In this document: piece by piece, positions 22,565 through 32,919 of the stretch
Layout of the letters: the number at the start of each line of letters is the position of its first letter
Numbering within the stretch: the first letter of the stretch is position 1
Origin: an uncultured Fidelibacterota bacterium
GTDB lineage: Bacteria; Fidelibacterota; Marinisomatia; Marinisomatales; UBA1611
Reading direction: 5' to 3'
Assembly (NCBI GenBank): GCA_913040915.1
Contig: CAJWHW010000007.1
Location: forward strand, 11,239 to 75,238
DNA: 64,000 bases
The notes under the pieces: model-generated
Seen by the model: the letters and a program-made list of their open reading frames with translations, nothing else
Told to the model about the DNA's origin: nothing
Database searches by the model: none
Position numbers and translations under genes: made by a program

Positions 22565-25513
22565 TTATTCAGCTGAACGTATTTCTTCCAGAATCTTTTT
22601 GGCATTTTTATCAGATGGGTTCCTATCCACCCAATCAGATAAAATTAACTCTGCATCCATCAAACGATCATTATTTCTATAAATATAAACCAAGGATGAA
22701 ACTAACTCCGGAAAACTGCTCTGCCATTGGGCCCATTTATTTTTTGTTACAGATTTTTTTCCAAATCCTCTTGTTTTCACCATACCTTCCAACTGGAAAA
22801 ATTCCAGACGCATTTCTTCCAAAATATCTAAGGCTCTTTCAGTATCATTCAATTCTCTAAAATATATATTCGCATATTCCACCCGGTTGGACGGTTTACC
22901 TTTTTTACGATCTACCAATTGATCCATGATATCTCTCATAGATTTCTTCTCATCCAAATCACCATAGAGTCTTGCCACCTGATAATGCAGGTCTTCTGAC
23001 TGAATTGGAATGGTCTCAACTGGAATGTTTTGTTCCATTTTATCTAAAGTTTGAATGATTTTATTTCTCAATTCAGCCAATTTTAATTCATCTTTATTTT
23101 TGTCACGACGATCTTCCCGCTGATAATCCATATAATAATCCACTGCTAACTGCATATACGCACTACGATAATTTTGAAGCAAACGTTGAGTTTGTTTATT
23201 AAAATAAACTTTATCATTACCAAGGTTTCTAAACATGTAACCCGGCTGATAATCTCGAGACCAATTTAAATAATCAGAACTTTTAGGCTGATAAAAATTA
23301 GCTGGTTCAAATTCTGTTGACCAGATTTTGGTTCCCACATCTGTCAATAGATTATCATACATACGTTCTGAGTCTATCGGGTCTGTCTTATGGCTTTTCA
23401 ATTGAAAAGTCAGGCCCTGCATATCAAGGTAATTATCTAGTCCGATCCTATTTTTCTGAGAGACAGTTACCGCAAAATAAATAGGTACTCGCCAACCGGC
23501 ATCACTGATGATACGCATGATCATCATGTCCTGAACACGAAGAGCTTGATTACCATAGGTCGGTTTCATTTCCCATTCGATAAATCCATTATCATTTTCA
23601 GGGTCATTATATACAGGTACTTTCACATTTTGCTTTTCCCATCGTGTCAGACTGGATGTTAATTGATCAATTTGTCTATCAGATAAATTAATAAATCTGG
23701 TTTCTTTAGGACGCCAGTCTCTCTGCTGTTTGATATACCAAGGTGTATTTAAAAGACTCAAATTCACCACGGCTACATCCGTTCTAACTTTTTCCACTTC
23801 CTGCAAATACCAAAGGGGAAAAGTATCATTGTCTCCATTTGTAAAAATTACCGCATTAGGTTTACAAGATTGTAGAATATTGTAACTATAATCCCATGCT
23901 ACATAATTACCGGAGCGATCGTGCGTATGATAATTTGCTTTTGCCATAACTACTGGTATGAAAATAATTTGAAGTATGAGAGCCATTACTACCAACCTCC
24001 GACTTACTTCCTTATCATTGAACCATTGAATAATTTTTTCACTGATGGCAGATGCACCGATTCCTACCCAGATAGCAAAGGCAAAAAAGCTCCCTACATA
24101 TGAATAATCCCGTTCTCTTGGCTGGGGATCATCTTGATTTAAATACAATATAATGGCATAGCCAGTCATAATAAAAAGAGCCAAAATAGAAAAAGCCATC
24201 CGATCGTCCCGATAGGCATGATAGAACATGCCTATAAGCCCAAGAAAAAATGCCAATGGTAAGCCAAACTGAGTCCAATCAACACCATCTTCCCTATTAT
24301 TAGCACCCATAGCAGTTACATATAGATCTTTCGACGAACCTCTTCCAGCAAACTGCCATAAAAAGTAACGGTTATACATTTTTCTAATTTGATAATCCCA
24401 AAAGAAGTCCCATTGCTTACCAGTTTGGTATTTTTTATATTTATTTTGCTGAGCAGATGTAAAAGTTCGCCCCGGACCTTCAGGATATCCTGAAACCTCA
24501 TGCAATGGCGGGATACCATTAAATCGTCTTGGGAACATACCGACATCACCATATTGTTCACGTTCAAGATAAGAGATAAATGCTTCTACAGTTTCGGGAT
24601 CATTTTCATCAATTCCTGGATCTTGATTAGAGCGAATAAAAATCATAGCATAAGTAGAATATCCAATAAGAACTAATACCGCAGAAGTCATTGCAACAGA
24701 AGTTAAACGTTTTTGATTTACAATCGCCCAAATCATCCCACTAAAAACCACTATAATAAGCCCAGCAGTTGCGCCAACACCAATAGAGGCGGCAATCTTT
24801 GGCAAACCTTTGATAATGATATTATGAATGATATAGAAAACAATACCTGTAATAAAAATAGTGATACCAAACGACTTTATTTCAAATTTATATTTTCTGA
24901 AATAAATAATAAGAGCTACGAATGGTAACGTAAGAAGATTCAATAAGTGAAGCCCTGTTGCTAAACCAATCATATAGGCAATAATTAATATGTACCGTTC
25001 GTGGCCAGGATCATCAGCTTTTTCGCTCCAATGTAAAATTAGCCAAACTACAATTGCTGTAAAAAAGGTACTGAATGCATAAACTTCTGCTTCCACTGCA
25101 TTAAACCAATGGCTATCAGTAAAAGCAAAAACCAAAGACCCTAAAATAGCACCACCAAATGCAACCAGTACATCATCAGCTGTTTCTAACTTGCCTCGCC
25201 AATGCGCAACAACCTGAACAATGATTAAATATAAAAACATTACAGCAAATGCACTAGCCAGGGGAGATAATAGATTTACTCTGAAAGCTATGTCCTCATT
25301 AAGAGGAATCATGGATGCTATTCGACCAAGTAATAGGAAAAATGGGCTCCCCGGTGGATGAGGTACGCCAAGAGTATGGGAAACTGCGATAAATTCGCCA
25401 CAATCCCAATATGAGACTGTAGGAGCCATGGTATCAAAATACACAAAAAAAGAAATAAGAAATATGGTAACTGCCAGTATTCTGTTGAGCCTGATATAAT
25501 TTGTGCCTATCAC
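22565..25513 (-). CDS. DUF2723 / TMEM260-like multi-pass GT-C-type membrane protein with C-terminal helical region
   Basis: APTVSYWDCGEFI...GVPHPPG, NAVEAEVY, QPRERDYSYVGS and FTNGDNDTFPLWY; many TM helices. Confidence 0.88.
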   Translation of the reverse strand: MIGTNYIRLNRILAVTIFLISFFVYFDTMAPTVSYWDCGEFIAVSHTLGVPHPPGSPFFLLLGRIASMIPLNEDIAFRVNLLSPLASAFAVMFLYLIIVQVVAHWRGKLETADDVLVAFGGAILGSLVFAFTDSHWFNAVEAEVYAFSTFFTAIVVWLILHWSEKADDPGHERYILIIAYMIGLATGLHLLNLLTLPFVALIIYFRKYKFEIKSFGITIFITGIVFYIIHNIIIKGLPKIAASIGVGATAGLIIVVFSGMIWAIVNQKRLTSVAMTSAVLVLIGYSTYAMIFIRSNQDPGIDENDPETVEAFISYLEREQYGDVGMFPRRFNGIPPLHEVSGYPEGPGRTFTSAQQNKYKKYQTGKQWDFFWDYQIRKMYNRYFLWQFAGRGSSKDLYVTAMGANNREDGVDWTQFGLPLAFFLGLIGMFYHAYRDDRMAFSILALFIMTGYAIILYLNQDDPQPRERDYSYVGSFFAFAIWVGIGASAISEKIIQWFNDKEVSRRLVVMALILQIIFIPVVMAKANYHTHDRSGNYVAWDYSYNILQSCKPNAVIFTNGDNDTFPLWYLQEVEKVRTDVAVVNLSLLNTPWYIKQQRDWRPKETRFINLSDRQIDQLTSSLTRWEKQNVKVPVYNDPENDNGFIEWEMKPTYGNQALRVQDMMIMRIISDAGWRVPIYFAVTVSQKNRIGLDNYLDMQGLTFQLKSHKTDPIDSERMYDNLLTDVGTKIWSTEFEPANFYQPKSSDYLNWSRDYQPGYMFRNLGNDKVYFNKQTQRLLQNYRSAYMQLAVDYYMDYQREDRRDKNKDELKLAELRNKIIQTLDKMEQNIPVETIPIQSEDLHYQVARLYGDLDEKKSMRDIMDQLVDRKKGKPSNRVEYANIYFRELNDTERALDILEEMRLEFFQLEGMVKTRGFGKKSVTKNKWAQWQSSFPELVSSLVYIYRNNDRLMDAELILSDWVDRNPSDKNAKKILEEIRSAE

Positions 25514-25516
25514 GGG

Positions 25517-25882
25517 TTATTCTTCTCCAGTTTTATCATAGGATAAATTCTCATTTGTTTGCAAAGTTGGATCATTATTATCATCATTTTTTTGAATAAT
25601 ATTATTTCCCATCTTATCCTTTTCATCCATAAAAGACATTTTGAGTTCACTAACCGTGTTAATGAGTAGTTGTTCCTCATATTCAGATAGATTACCTTTC
25701 ATCTTTACCTCTATCATATCTAATAAATCAATATAAAAAGATGCTTGGTTGATATTCTTTTCAACTTTTTTTGTCATAGGATTCTTCATTTTACCTAAAG
25801 CAATCCAAGCACTAGACTGAAAAGTCCCCACCAGGTACATAAATAATTTTTGATTTTTATTTTCTGTTGTTTGAGACATCAT
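25517..25882 (-). CDS. DUF1844-family protein
   Basis: AWIALGKMKNP...A...IDLLDMIEVKMKGNLSEYE..LL...VSELK pattern. Confidence 0.75.
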   Translation of the reverse strand: MMSQTTENKNQKLFMYLVGTFQSSAWIALGKMKNPMTKKVEKNINQASFYIDLLDMIEVKMKGNLSEYEEQLLINTVSELKMSFMDEKDKMGNNIIQKNDDNNDPTLQTNENLSYDKTGEE

Positions 25883-25962
25883 ACTTACTAAAAAATTTAA
25901 TAATGCTACTTGTAAAGCCGGGGAATTTAATTCCTAGAATATATAGACCAAATGAGGAATAG

Positions 25963-28035
25963 TTAAGATAATTTTATATCGTTAATGCGGTCAGCATAGA
26001 CATGTAAAAATATTTTACGTAGCTCTTGATGATTATCATCATTCAATTTTGGATCATTATGAACGATCTCAAATGCTGCTTCTCTGGCATCCTTGATAAT
26101 ATCAAAATCCAATACCATATTTGCAATTTTATACTTTAAAAACCCTGATTGTTTTAATCCAAAAAATTCTCCCGGGCCCCGCAATTTTAGGTCTTTATCA
26201 GCTATCACAAACCCATCATTCGTTTCTTCCATTATATTTAATCGAACTCGAGATGTATCTGTCAAACTGTGCTTTACGAGGATGCAATAACTATTTTCTG
26301 CACCACGGCCAACTCTACCTCTAAGTTGGTGTAATTGTGTCAATCCAAATCGTTCAGCATGTTCTACCAACATAATGGTTGCATTGGGTATGTTTACACC
26401 AACTTCAACTACTGTAGTTGATACAAGAATATTTAAATGATTCTTGGCAAATTTGCTCATTATATTTTCTTTGTCTTCTGCTTTCATTTTTCCATGTATT
26501 AATCCCACATTAAGATTGGGAAAGATAATCTCATTTAGTTTTTGGTGAGCTTCAACTGCTGCTGCTAAATCTGATTTTTCAGATTCTTCAACCAATGGAT
26601 AAATAATCATACACTGTTTTCCGGACTTTACTTCATCTCGTATAAATTGATATACTTTTGGAATTCTAGCTGGTTCTATAACTTTCGTGACTATTGGAAT
26701 TCGATTTGCTGGCATTTCATCTATTATTGACAAATCCATATCACCATGATAGGTTATGGATAGTGTTCTGGGTATTGGCGTTGCGGTCATTGCTAGGAAA
26801 TGGGGACTGAGTCCCTTCTTAATAAGGTTAGCTCTTTGATTCACACCAAAACGGTGCTGTTCATCAACAATAACTAAACCAAGGTTTTTAAAATTTACAT
26901 CATCTTGAATCAATGCATGGGTTCCAATTAACACAGAAATCTTTCCAGATGCTAATGCTTCTATGATAGGTCCCCTTTCAGATTTTTTCATATTACCCAC
27001 TAAGAGTGCGCAGGAAATTTTCGCCTTATTCAATTCTTTATTGAATGAATTGAAATGCTGATTCGCTAATATTTCTGTGGGCACCATTACAGCAACCTGA
27101 ACACCATTACCAACAGCCAATGCTGAAACCAATATTGAAACAATTGTTTTTCCTGAACCCACATCACCTTGTAATAAACGATTCATTGAGACTGCCTTTT
27201 TCAGGTCAAAATGAATTTCTTTGATTACTTTTTTCTGAGAGTTTGTCAATTCAAAATTCAATGATTCTGAAATTATTTTAAAATATGGACCAATGTCATT
27301 TAATGGAATCGTACCAGCGTATTGTAAATTCTTTTTCCGGAGCGCCATGAGAAGTTGTAAAAAAAAGTGCTCGTCAAATTTTAACCTTCTAATTGCATGA
27401 TCCAAATTGCTAATTCTATCCGAGAAATGAATATCATTAAGTGCTTTACGAAGATCAATTAAATTGTATTTTTCTAAAATAGATGAAGGAAAAATTTCTG
27501 GGATGGAAATGTTGGTTGATAAGACATCTTGCACTAAACCCCTTAAAATACGTTGGTCTAAACCAACTTCTTTTAATTCTTTTGTTAGAGGATAAAGTGG
27601 TATCACCTTACCAGTACTTGCAGGGTCATCATCTTTATCTAATTTATCGAATTCTGGATGTGTGATTGTAAATCCATTGTAAAAGTCCACCTTCCCATGA
27701 ATTGCTATTTTATCTCCAATTTGAAATAGATTTTTTATATATCGAATTCCATTAAACCATGTCAAAGTCAATAAACCAGTTCCATCATTAACAATAGCTT
27801 GAAAAATTTTACCTCTGCGAGTTGATTTTTCTCCAAATGTCTCCACCTTGCCAATTAAGGTTACTATATCTCCCTTGGTGAAATTTCGAATAGGAGATAT
27901 TGTAGTACGATCTAGATAGCGTCTAGGAAAATAATAAAGTAATTCGTGAACATTGGATACGCCATGATCAATTAATGCTTTCTCTCGCCTTGGTCCAATG
28001 CCTTTGATTTGCGAGATTGGCGTTGAAAGTTTCAA
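25963..28035 (-). CDS. recG: ATP-dependent DNA helicase RecG
   Basis: QGDVGSGKT, DEQHRFG, MTATPIPRTL, QLHQLRGRVGRG and RGPGEFFG. Start moved to TTG 28035 (after GGGGAA), which removes the overlap with the upstream gene. Confidence 0.96.
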   Translation of the reverse strand: MKLSTPISQIKGIGPRREKALIDHGVSNVHELLYYFPRRYLDRTTISPIRNFTKGDIVTLIGKVETFGEKSTRRGKIFQAIVNDGTGLLTLTWFNGIRYIKNLFQIGDKIAIHGKVDFYNGFTITHPEFDKLDKDDDPASTGKVIPLYPLTKELKEVGLDQRILRGLVQDVLSTNISIPEIFPSSILEKYNLIDLRKALNDIHFSDRISNLDHAIRRLKFDEHFFLQLLMALRKKNLQYAGTIPLNDIGPYFKIISESLNFELTNSQKKVIKEIHFDLKKAVSMNRLLQGDVGSGKTIVSILVSALAVGNGVQVAVMVPTEILANQHFNSFNKELNKAKISCALLVGNMKKSERGPIIEALASGKISVLIGTHALIQDDVNFKNLGLVIVDEQHRFGVNQRANLIKKGLSPHFLAMTATPIPRTLSITYHGDMDLSIIDEMPANRIPIVTKVIEPARIPKVYQFIRDEVKSGKQCMIIYPLVEESEKSDLAAAVEAHQKLNEIIFPNLNVGLIHGKMKAEDKENIMSKFAKNHLNILVSTTVVEVGVNIPNATIMLVEHAERFGLTQLHQLRGRVGRGAENSYCILVKHSLTDTSRVRLNIMEETNDGFVIADKDLKLRGPGEFFGLKQSGFLKYKIANMVLDFDIIKDAREAAFEIVHNDPKLNDDNHQELRKIFLHVYADRINDIKLS

Positions 28036-28054
28036 ATTAGTTCCCCGATTGGGG

Positions 28055-29392
28055 TTATTTCCATTCTTTCCTGTAAGTATAATAGACAATTTTTGTTTCA
28101 CCGGCACTCAGAGATAACGGAAAGTGGATAGTTGAAGCATCCTTTTTTAGGTAGTTCAATGACTCATCCTTTATAACCCAGTCACCATTAATATGTTCAA
28201 CTAACAAAGCATTTATATTTTCATTTCTAGCATTAGTCACTTGAACTTCAATAACGGCTTCCTCACTTTTTCTTTGACGATCATAATTCAAAACACGGCG
28301 TTTTCCAATTACATCAAAAGCCCTGCCAGAAACCAATTTAGTGGACTGCCCTTTTGGTACTTGACCCATATCATCTGCGCCAATGTATTCTAACCCACCC
28401 GCTTCAGTGAAAGAATACATTTCAACTTTACCACCAGGTAGCGATATACCCAAACCATTGGATTCTGTATTCTCCATCGTTATGCGAACTTCCATTGGTT
28501 CCTCCTTTTGCCGCCTTTCACTATTCTCAAAAACATATGTTTTTATATATCCTACATCCAGAGGGCCATACATACGAACTGTTAAATTTTCCTTTGCTTC
28601 AAGATCATGGATGTCATTTAATGCATAAATATGATAGTCACCCAATTCGCCTTTCTCCATCATAGGTTTAATACTTTCTGACGCCATAGCCGAATGAGCA
28701 ATACGACTTGGCCTTGGCTTTTTTTTCCCGGCTTGGTTTAAATGACCCTCTACCAATTGAAGTTTTGCACCCTCAAATTCCATATCGGAACTGTTTGCAA
28801 TTACCGCTTCTGCGATAAGTTCTCCTTTTTCCTCATCTAACATTTTCAAACGGTAAACTGTCGACCAAGAAAAATTCTTTGATTTATAAACCAATTCTCC
28901 CTTAACAATTTTTTCTTCTTTGGATTGCAGATCCCAAGATAAAAATGGATTAAAGGTAGGGGCATCTATATCACCATTCCCACTTCCTAAAAATTCTAGT
29001 TCGTTACGATTAAATGATAAAATACCTTTATTATGAGAAATAGTCACAGATCCACTGCTAATTTCCAATAAAGTTCCTTTTACAACTTTACTACCTTTAG
29101 GTTTTACTTGAATTTCTTCACCTCGCAGTTTTTTGAAATAATCAGTACCTGTGAAAATATTATCATTAAATCTTTGAGAAATGATAACAGCACCATCCAA
29201 ATTCAAAAATGGGGTGTCTCGATGGATGCCATTTGGTAAACTGCTCCAAGTGACATAACTAAGCCCTGATGGTATAGACCAACCAACAGGTTGTTTTATA
29301 AGGGCTGTTCCGTCTTTATAGATAGTCAGAGTGGCATCTTCAGACTGCGCTATTATAAATCCTGTTAGCAATAAAGAACTCAATAATCTCAT
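28055..29392 (-). CDS. DUF4139/DUF4140-type exported protein
   Basis: Signal peptide, LTIYKDGTALI, FSWSTVYRL..L.A.A.I.N.S, LQLVEG and GDYHIYAL; beta-rich C-terminus. Confidence 0.72.
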   Translation of the reverse strand: MRLLSSLLLTGFIIAQSEDATLTIYKDGTALIKQPVGWSIPSGLSYVTWSSLPNGIHRDTPFLNLDGAVIISQRFNDNIFTGTDYFKKLRGEEIQVKPKGSKVVKGTLLEISSGSVTISHNKGILSFNRNELEFLGSGNGDIDAPTFNPFLSWDLQSKEEKIVKGELVYKSKNFSWSTVYRLKMLDEEKGELIAEAVIANSSDMEFEGAKLQLVEGHLNQAGKKKPRPSRIAHSAMASESIKPMMEKGELGDYHIYALNDIHDLEAKENLTVRMYGPLDVGYIKTYVFENSERRQKEEPMEVRITMENTESNGLGISLPGGKVEMYSFTEAGGLEYIGADDMGQVPKGQSTKLVSGRAFDVIGKRRVLNYDRQRKSEEAVIEVQVTNARNENINALLVEHINGDWVIKDESLNYLKKDASTIHFPLSLSAGETKIVYYTYRKEWK

Positions 29393-32019
29393 TGAAGCAT
29401 CTCCATGTTAGCTGTTACTTTATCTAATTCTTCGGATAATTTAGATAAGTTTAATCTTTCTTTTTCTACTATATGCTCCGGTGCACGGGTAATAAATTTT
29501 TCATTGGACAATTTACTATTAATCCCAATAATGAGCTTGTTTATTTCTGAAATTCTTTTTTCCATTCGATGTTTTTCTTGACCTAAATCAACTAAACCGC
29601 CTAAAGGGATATACAACTCCATACCATCAACTACCATTGTCGCAGACTGACCAGGCTTTTCTATGCTTTCTCCAATTGAAATTTGATCCAATCGAGCTAA
29701 GGCTCTTAAAAGAATCTGGTTATTGGACAGAAAGCTTTCTTGTTTGTTTGAACACCGGATATAAATATTTGAGAATTTAGAAGGAGGTACATTCATTCTG
29801 CTTCGGATAGATCTAATCGCAGTAACTATGTTTTTCAATAGGTTCATATCACTTTCAGCTGATTCCGAATTGTAAGACCAGGATTTAGGCCACGTTGTTA
29901 GAATTAAATCTACAGCTTCTTTAGGTTTGAAATTATTCCACAATTCTTCAGTAATAAATGGTGAATATGGATGGAGCAATGCCAAAACAGTTCGGATAAT
30001 TTTTAATGCAACAGACCTTGTCAGATTTGCTGCCGACTCGCTATCACCGTAGAACCTAGTTTTTGCAATTTCAACATACCAATCACAGAAATCACTCCAT
30101 ATGAATTCATATAATACTTTTGCAGCTTCATTAAAATGAAAACGATCCAGTTGACGATTATAATCTGTAATTGTTTTTGATAAACGGCTTAATATCCATC
30201 GCTCTGGTAAATCTAATTCACCTTCCAATCCACCTTCCTCATCCCAATTTTCAGGAATATTCATTTGAACAAAACGACAGGCATTCCATAGTTTATTCAT
30301 AAAATTACGACCAATTTCTAAACGGTCTTTTGAAAATAAAACATCTAATCCTTGTGGAGCCATAAGCATGATGCTAAACCGTACTGCATCTGTCCCATAT
30401 TCTTCAAATAAATCAAGTGGATCTGGAGAATTACCTAAGGATTTACTTAGTTTTCTTCCTTGGGTATCTCTTAGGATGGAAGTGAAGTATACATCTTTAA
30501 ATGGAAGATCACCTAAAAATTCATACCCAGTTATAATCATTCTAGCAACCCAGAAAAAGATGATATCCGGTCCAGTAACCAGTGCTTGAGTTGGATAAAA
30601 TTTAGATAGACTAGCATCTTTATCTGGCCAAGTATGGACTCCCATTGGCCATAACCACGAACTAGCCCAAGTATCTAAAACGTCTGGGTCCTGTGTCCAA
30701 TTTTCAGGGTCATCCGGCCCTTCTACAGAGACATGAACCTTTTCAGAATCATTATTATGGTACCAAACAGGGATTTGATGTCCCCACCACAATTGACGAC
30801 TTATACACCAATCTTTTATATTTTCCATCCAATGATTATATGTCTTTGTCCAGTGTTCTGGATGGAATTTGATATTACGGTTATTTACTGCTGCTATTGC
30901 CGGTTCCACCAATCTGTCCATTTTCATAAACCACTGTTCGGACATATAAAATTCAATTGGTACATGTCCCCTCTCAGAAAACCCTATTTTACTAACATAA
31001 TCCTCTGTCTTCTCTAATAATCCTAGAGTATCCAAATCAGCTAAAACCGCTTTTCTAGTTTCTTCACGTGATAAGCCAATATATTCATTCGGTACATTTT
31101 GGTTCATGGACGCATCATCATTCATAATATTGATGAATTCTAATTTATGATTTTCACCCATAGCAAAATCATTTGGATCATGGGCTGGTGTTACTTTAAT
31201 ACATCCAGTCCCAAATTCAGGATCCACATAAGCATCCTTTATTATTGGAATTTCCCTCCCAACCAAGGGTAACTTCACCGTTTTTCCTACTAAATGTTGA
31301 TATCTTTCATCATCAGGATGTACAGCAACAGCCGTATCCCCCAGCATAGTTTCTGGTCGTGTGGTAGCTACTACTAAAAATTCATCAGAATTAGTAATTG
31401 GATATCTAAAGTGCCATAAGTACCCATTTTTTTCCTTGTGTATGACTTCTTCATCACTAATCGCAGATTTTGAAGCTGGGCACCAATTCACTAGACGATA
31501 TCCTTTATAAATAAGCCCTTTTTCATACAACTTGACAAATGCGGATAGGACTGCTTTTGTATACCCATCATCCATAGTAAACCGCTCACGGTCCCAATCA
31601 CAGGAACAGCCAAGTTTTTTTAACTGATGAATAATAATTCCACCATATTTATCTTTCCATTCCCAAGCATATTTTAAAAACTCATCTCGTTTTAATTCGT
31701 TTTTATCTATACCTTTTTCCTCAAGCATGGCAACCACTTTTGCTTCTGTTGCGATAGATGCATGGTCTGTCCCTGGGATCCAGCAAGCTTCTTTACCTTC
31801 CATTCTGGCTTTGCGAATTAAGATATCCTGAATAGTATTGTTTAAAACATGGCCTACTGTTAGCATACCCGTCACATTAGGCGGTGGGATGACGATAGTA
31901 TAAGGCTCCTTTTTAGAATGCTCATCAGCATGAAAATATTTTTTTTCTAACCAGTGCGAGTACCACTTATCCTCTATAGCTGCAGGATTATATGCTTTTT
32001 CTAAAGTAGGTGATGACAT
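29389..32019 (-). CDS. valS: Valine--tRNA ligase
   Basis: PPPNVTGMLTVGH, GTDHASIATE, ATTRPET, DWCISRQLWWGH, KLSKS and C-terminal coiled coil. Confidence 0.98.
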   Translation of the reverse strand: MSSPTLEKAYNPAAIEDKWYSHWLEKKYFHADEHSKKEPYTIVIPPPNVTGMLTVGHVLNNTIQDILIRKARMEGKEACWIPGTDHASIATEAKVVAMLEEKGIDKNELKRDEFLKYAWEWKDKYGGIIIHQLKKLGCSCDWDRERFTMDDGYTKAVLSAFVKLYEKGLIYKGYRLVNWCPASKSAISDEEVIHKEKNGYLWHFRYPITNSDEFLVVATTRPETMLGDTAVAVHPDDERYQHLVGKTVKLPLVGREIPIIKDAYVDPEFGTGCIKVTPAHDPNDFAMGENHKLEFINIMNDDASMNQNVPNEYIGLSREETRKAVLADLDTLGLLEKTEDYVSKIGFSERGHVPIEFYMSEQWFMKMDRLVEPAIAAVNNRNIKFHPEHWTKTYNHWMENIKDWCISRQLWWGHQIPVWYHNNDSEKVHVSVEGPDDPENWTQDPDVLDTWASSWLWPMGVHTWPDKDASLSKFYPTQALVTGPDIIFFWVARMIITGYEFLGDLPFKDVYFTSILRDTQGRKLSKSLGNSPDPLDLFEEYGTDAVRFSIMLMAPQGLDVLFSKDRLEIGRNFMNKLWNACRFVQMNIPENWDEEGGLEGELDLPERWILSRLSKTITDYNRQLDRFHFNEAAKVLYEFIWSDFCDWYVEIAKTRFYGDSESAANLTRSVALKIIRTVLALLHPYSPFITEELWNNFKPKEAVDLILTTWPKSWSYNSESAESDMNLLKNIVTAIRSIRSRMNVPPSKFSNIYIRCSNKQESFLSNNQILLRALARLDQISIGESIEKPGQSATMVVDGMELYIPLGGLVDLGQEKHRMEKRISEINKLIIGINSKLSNEKFITRAPEHIVEKERLNLSKLSEELDKVTANMEMLQ

Positions 32020-32367
32020 AAAAGTTTATTAAATAATGATTAAATTTTGGTGAAAATAGGGTCAGTGATTTTACGACAATTCAATGCCCCTTTCATTGGA
32101 AACCTGACTTAATATCAAGTTGAAATCAACCATTCATTTTTTTAGGTACATGATAAATTCAAAGCCCATAATTCTTGATAACAATTATGTTTGATCCTTA
32201 TGGATTTCTAACCACATTTGAATTTAGAATGATAGGTCCATTTTTACTTTTCAGCGTACCAAGATTTTTGCTTTTAACCAGGGGACAATTAGAGTGGAAA
32301 CACAATAAAAAATTAAAAGCAGACGAAAAAGTTGTTCAAAATAAGTCATCATAAATAATATTTATCA

Positions 32368-32919
32368 ATGATTCTTCTAATCGATAATTATGATTCATTT
32401 ACCTACAACCTTGCTCAGTTAATTGAATCTTTTGGCGAAACTGTTCAAGTTATACAAAATGATACAAATATTAATCTGGATGAGTTTTTACCGGAAAAAA
32501 TAATCATATCCCCCGGACCAGGAACACCATCTGAATCAGGTATTTCAAAACAAATTATTCAAGAATACATGAACAAACAGCCCATTCTCGGTGTATGCTT
32601 AGGGCACCAGTGTATTGGAGAAGTATTTGGGTCAACTGTAAAATCATCACAACGAATTCTTCACGGAAAAGCATCATTGATTCATCACATGAATTCAGGG
32701 ATTTTTAAAGGAATTCCTTCTCCCTTTCAAGCAGCCCGATACCATTCCCTATCACTGGATTCTGTACCAGAAAACTTTTTTAAAACTGCCTGGGCAAATG
32801 ATCATGAAATTATGGGAATCCAACATGAAGCTTTACCGTTATTTGGTGTTCAATTCCACCCTGAATCATTTTTAACACCTATGGGTCCGAAAATATTGGA
32901 GAATTTTCTTAATGTTTAA
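32368..32919 (+). CDS. pabA: Aminodeoxychorismate synthase glutamine amidotransferase component
   Basis: IDNYDSFTYNL, SPGPG, GVCLGHQ, RYHSL and QFHPES; clustered with pabB/pabC-like genes. Confidence 0.85.
   Translation: MILLIDNYDSFTYNLAQLIESFGETVQVIQNDTNINLDEFLPEKIIISPGPGTPSESGISKQIIQEYMNKQPILGVCLGHQCIGEVFGSTVKSSQRILHGKASLIHHMNSGIFKGIPSPFQAARYHSLSLDSVPENFFKTAWANDHEIMGIQHEALPLFGVQFHPESFLTPMGPKILENFLNV

Noticed and set aside
32020..32367. T-box or attenuator upstream of valS
   Set aside because: No T-box consensus (AAGGTGGTACC-like) or terminator/antiterminator pair visible.
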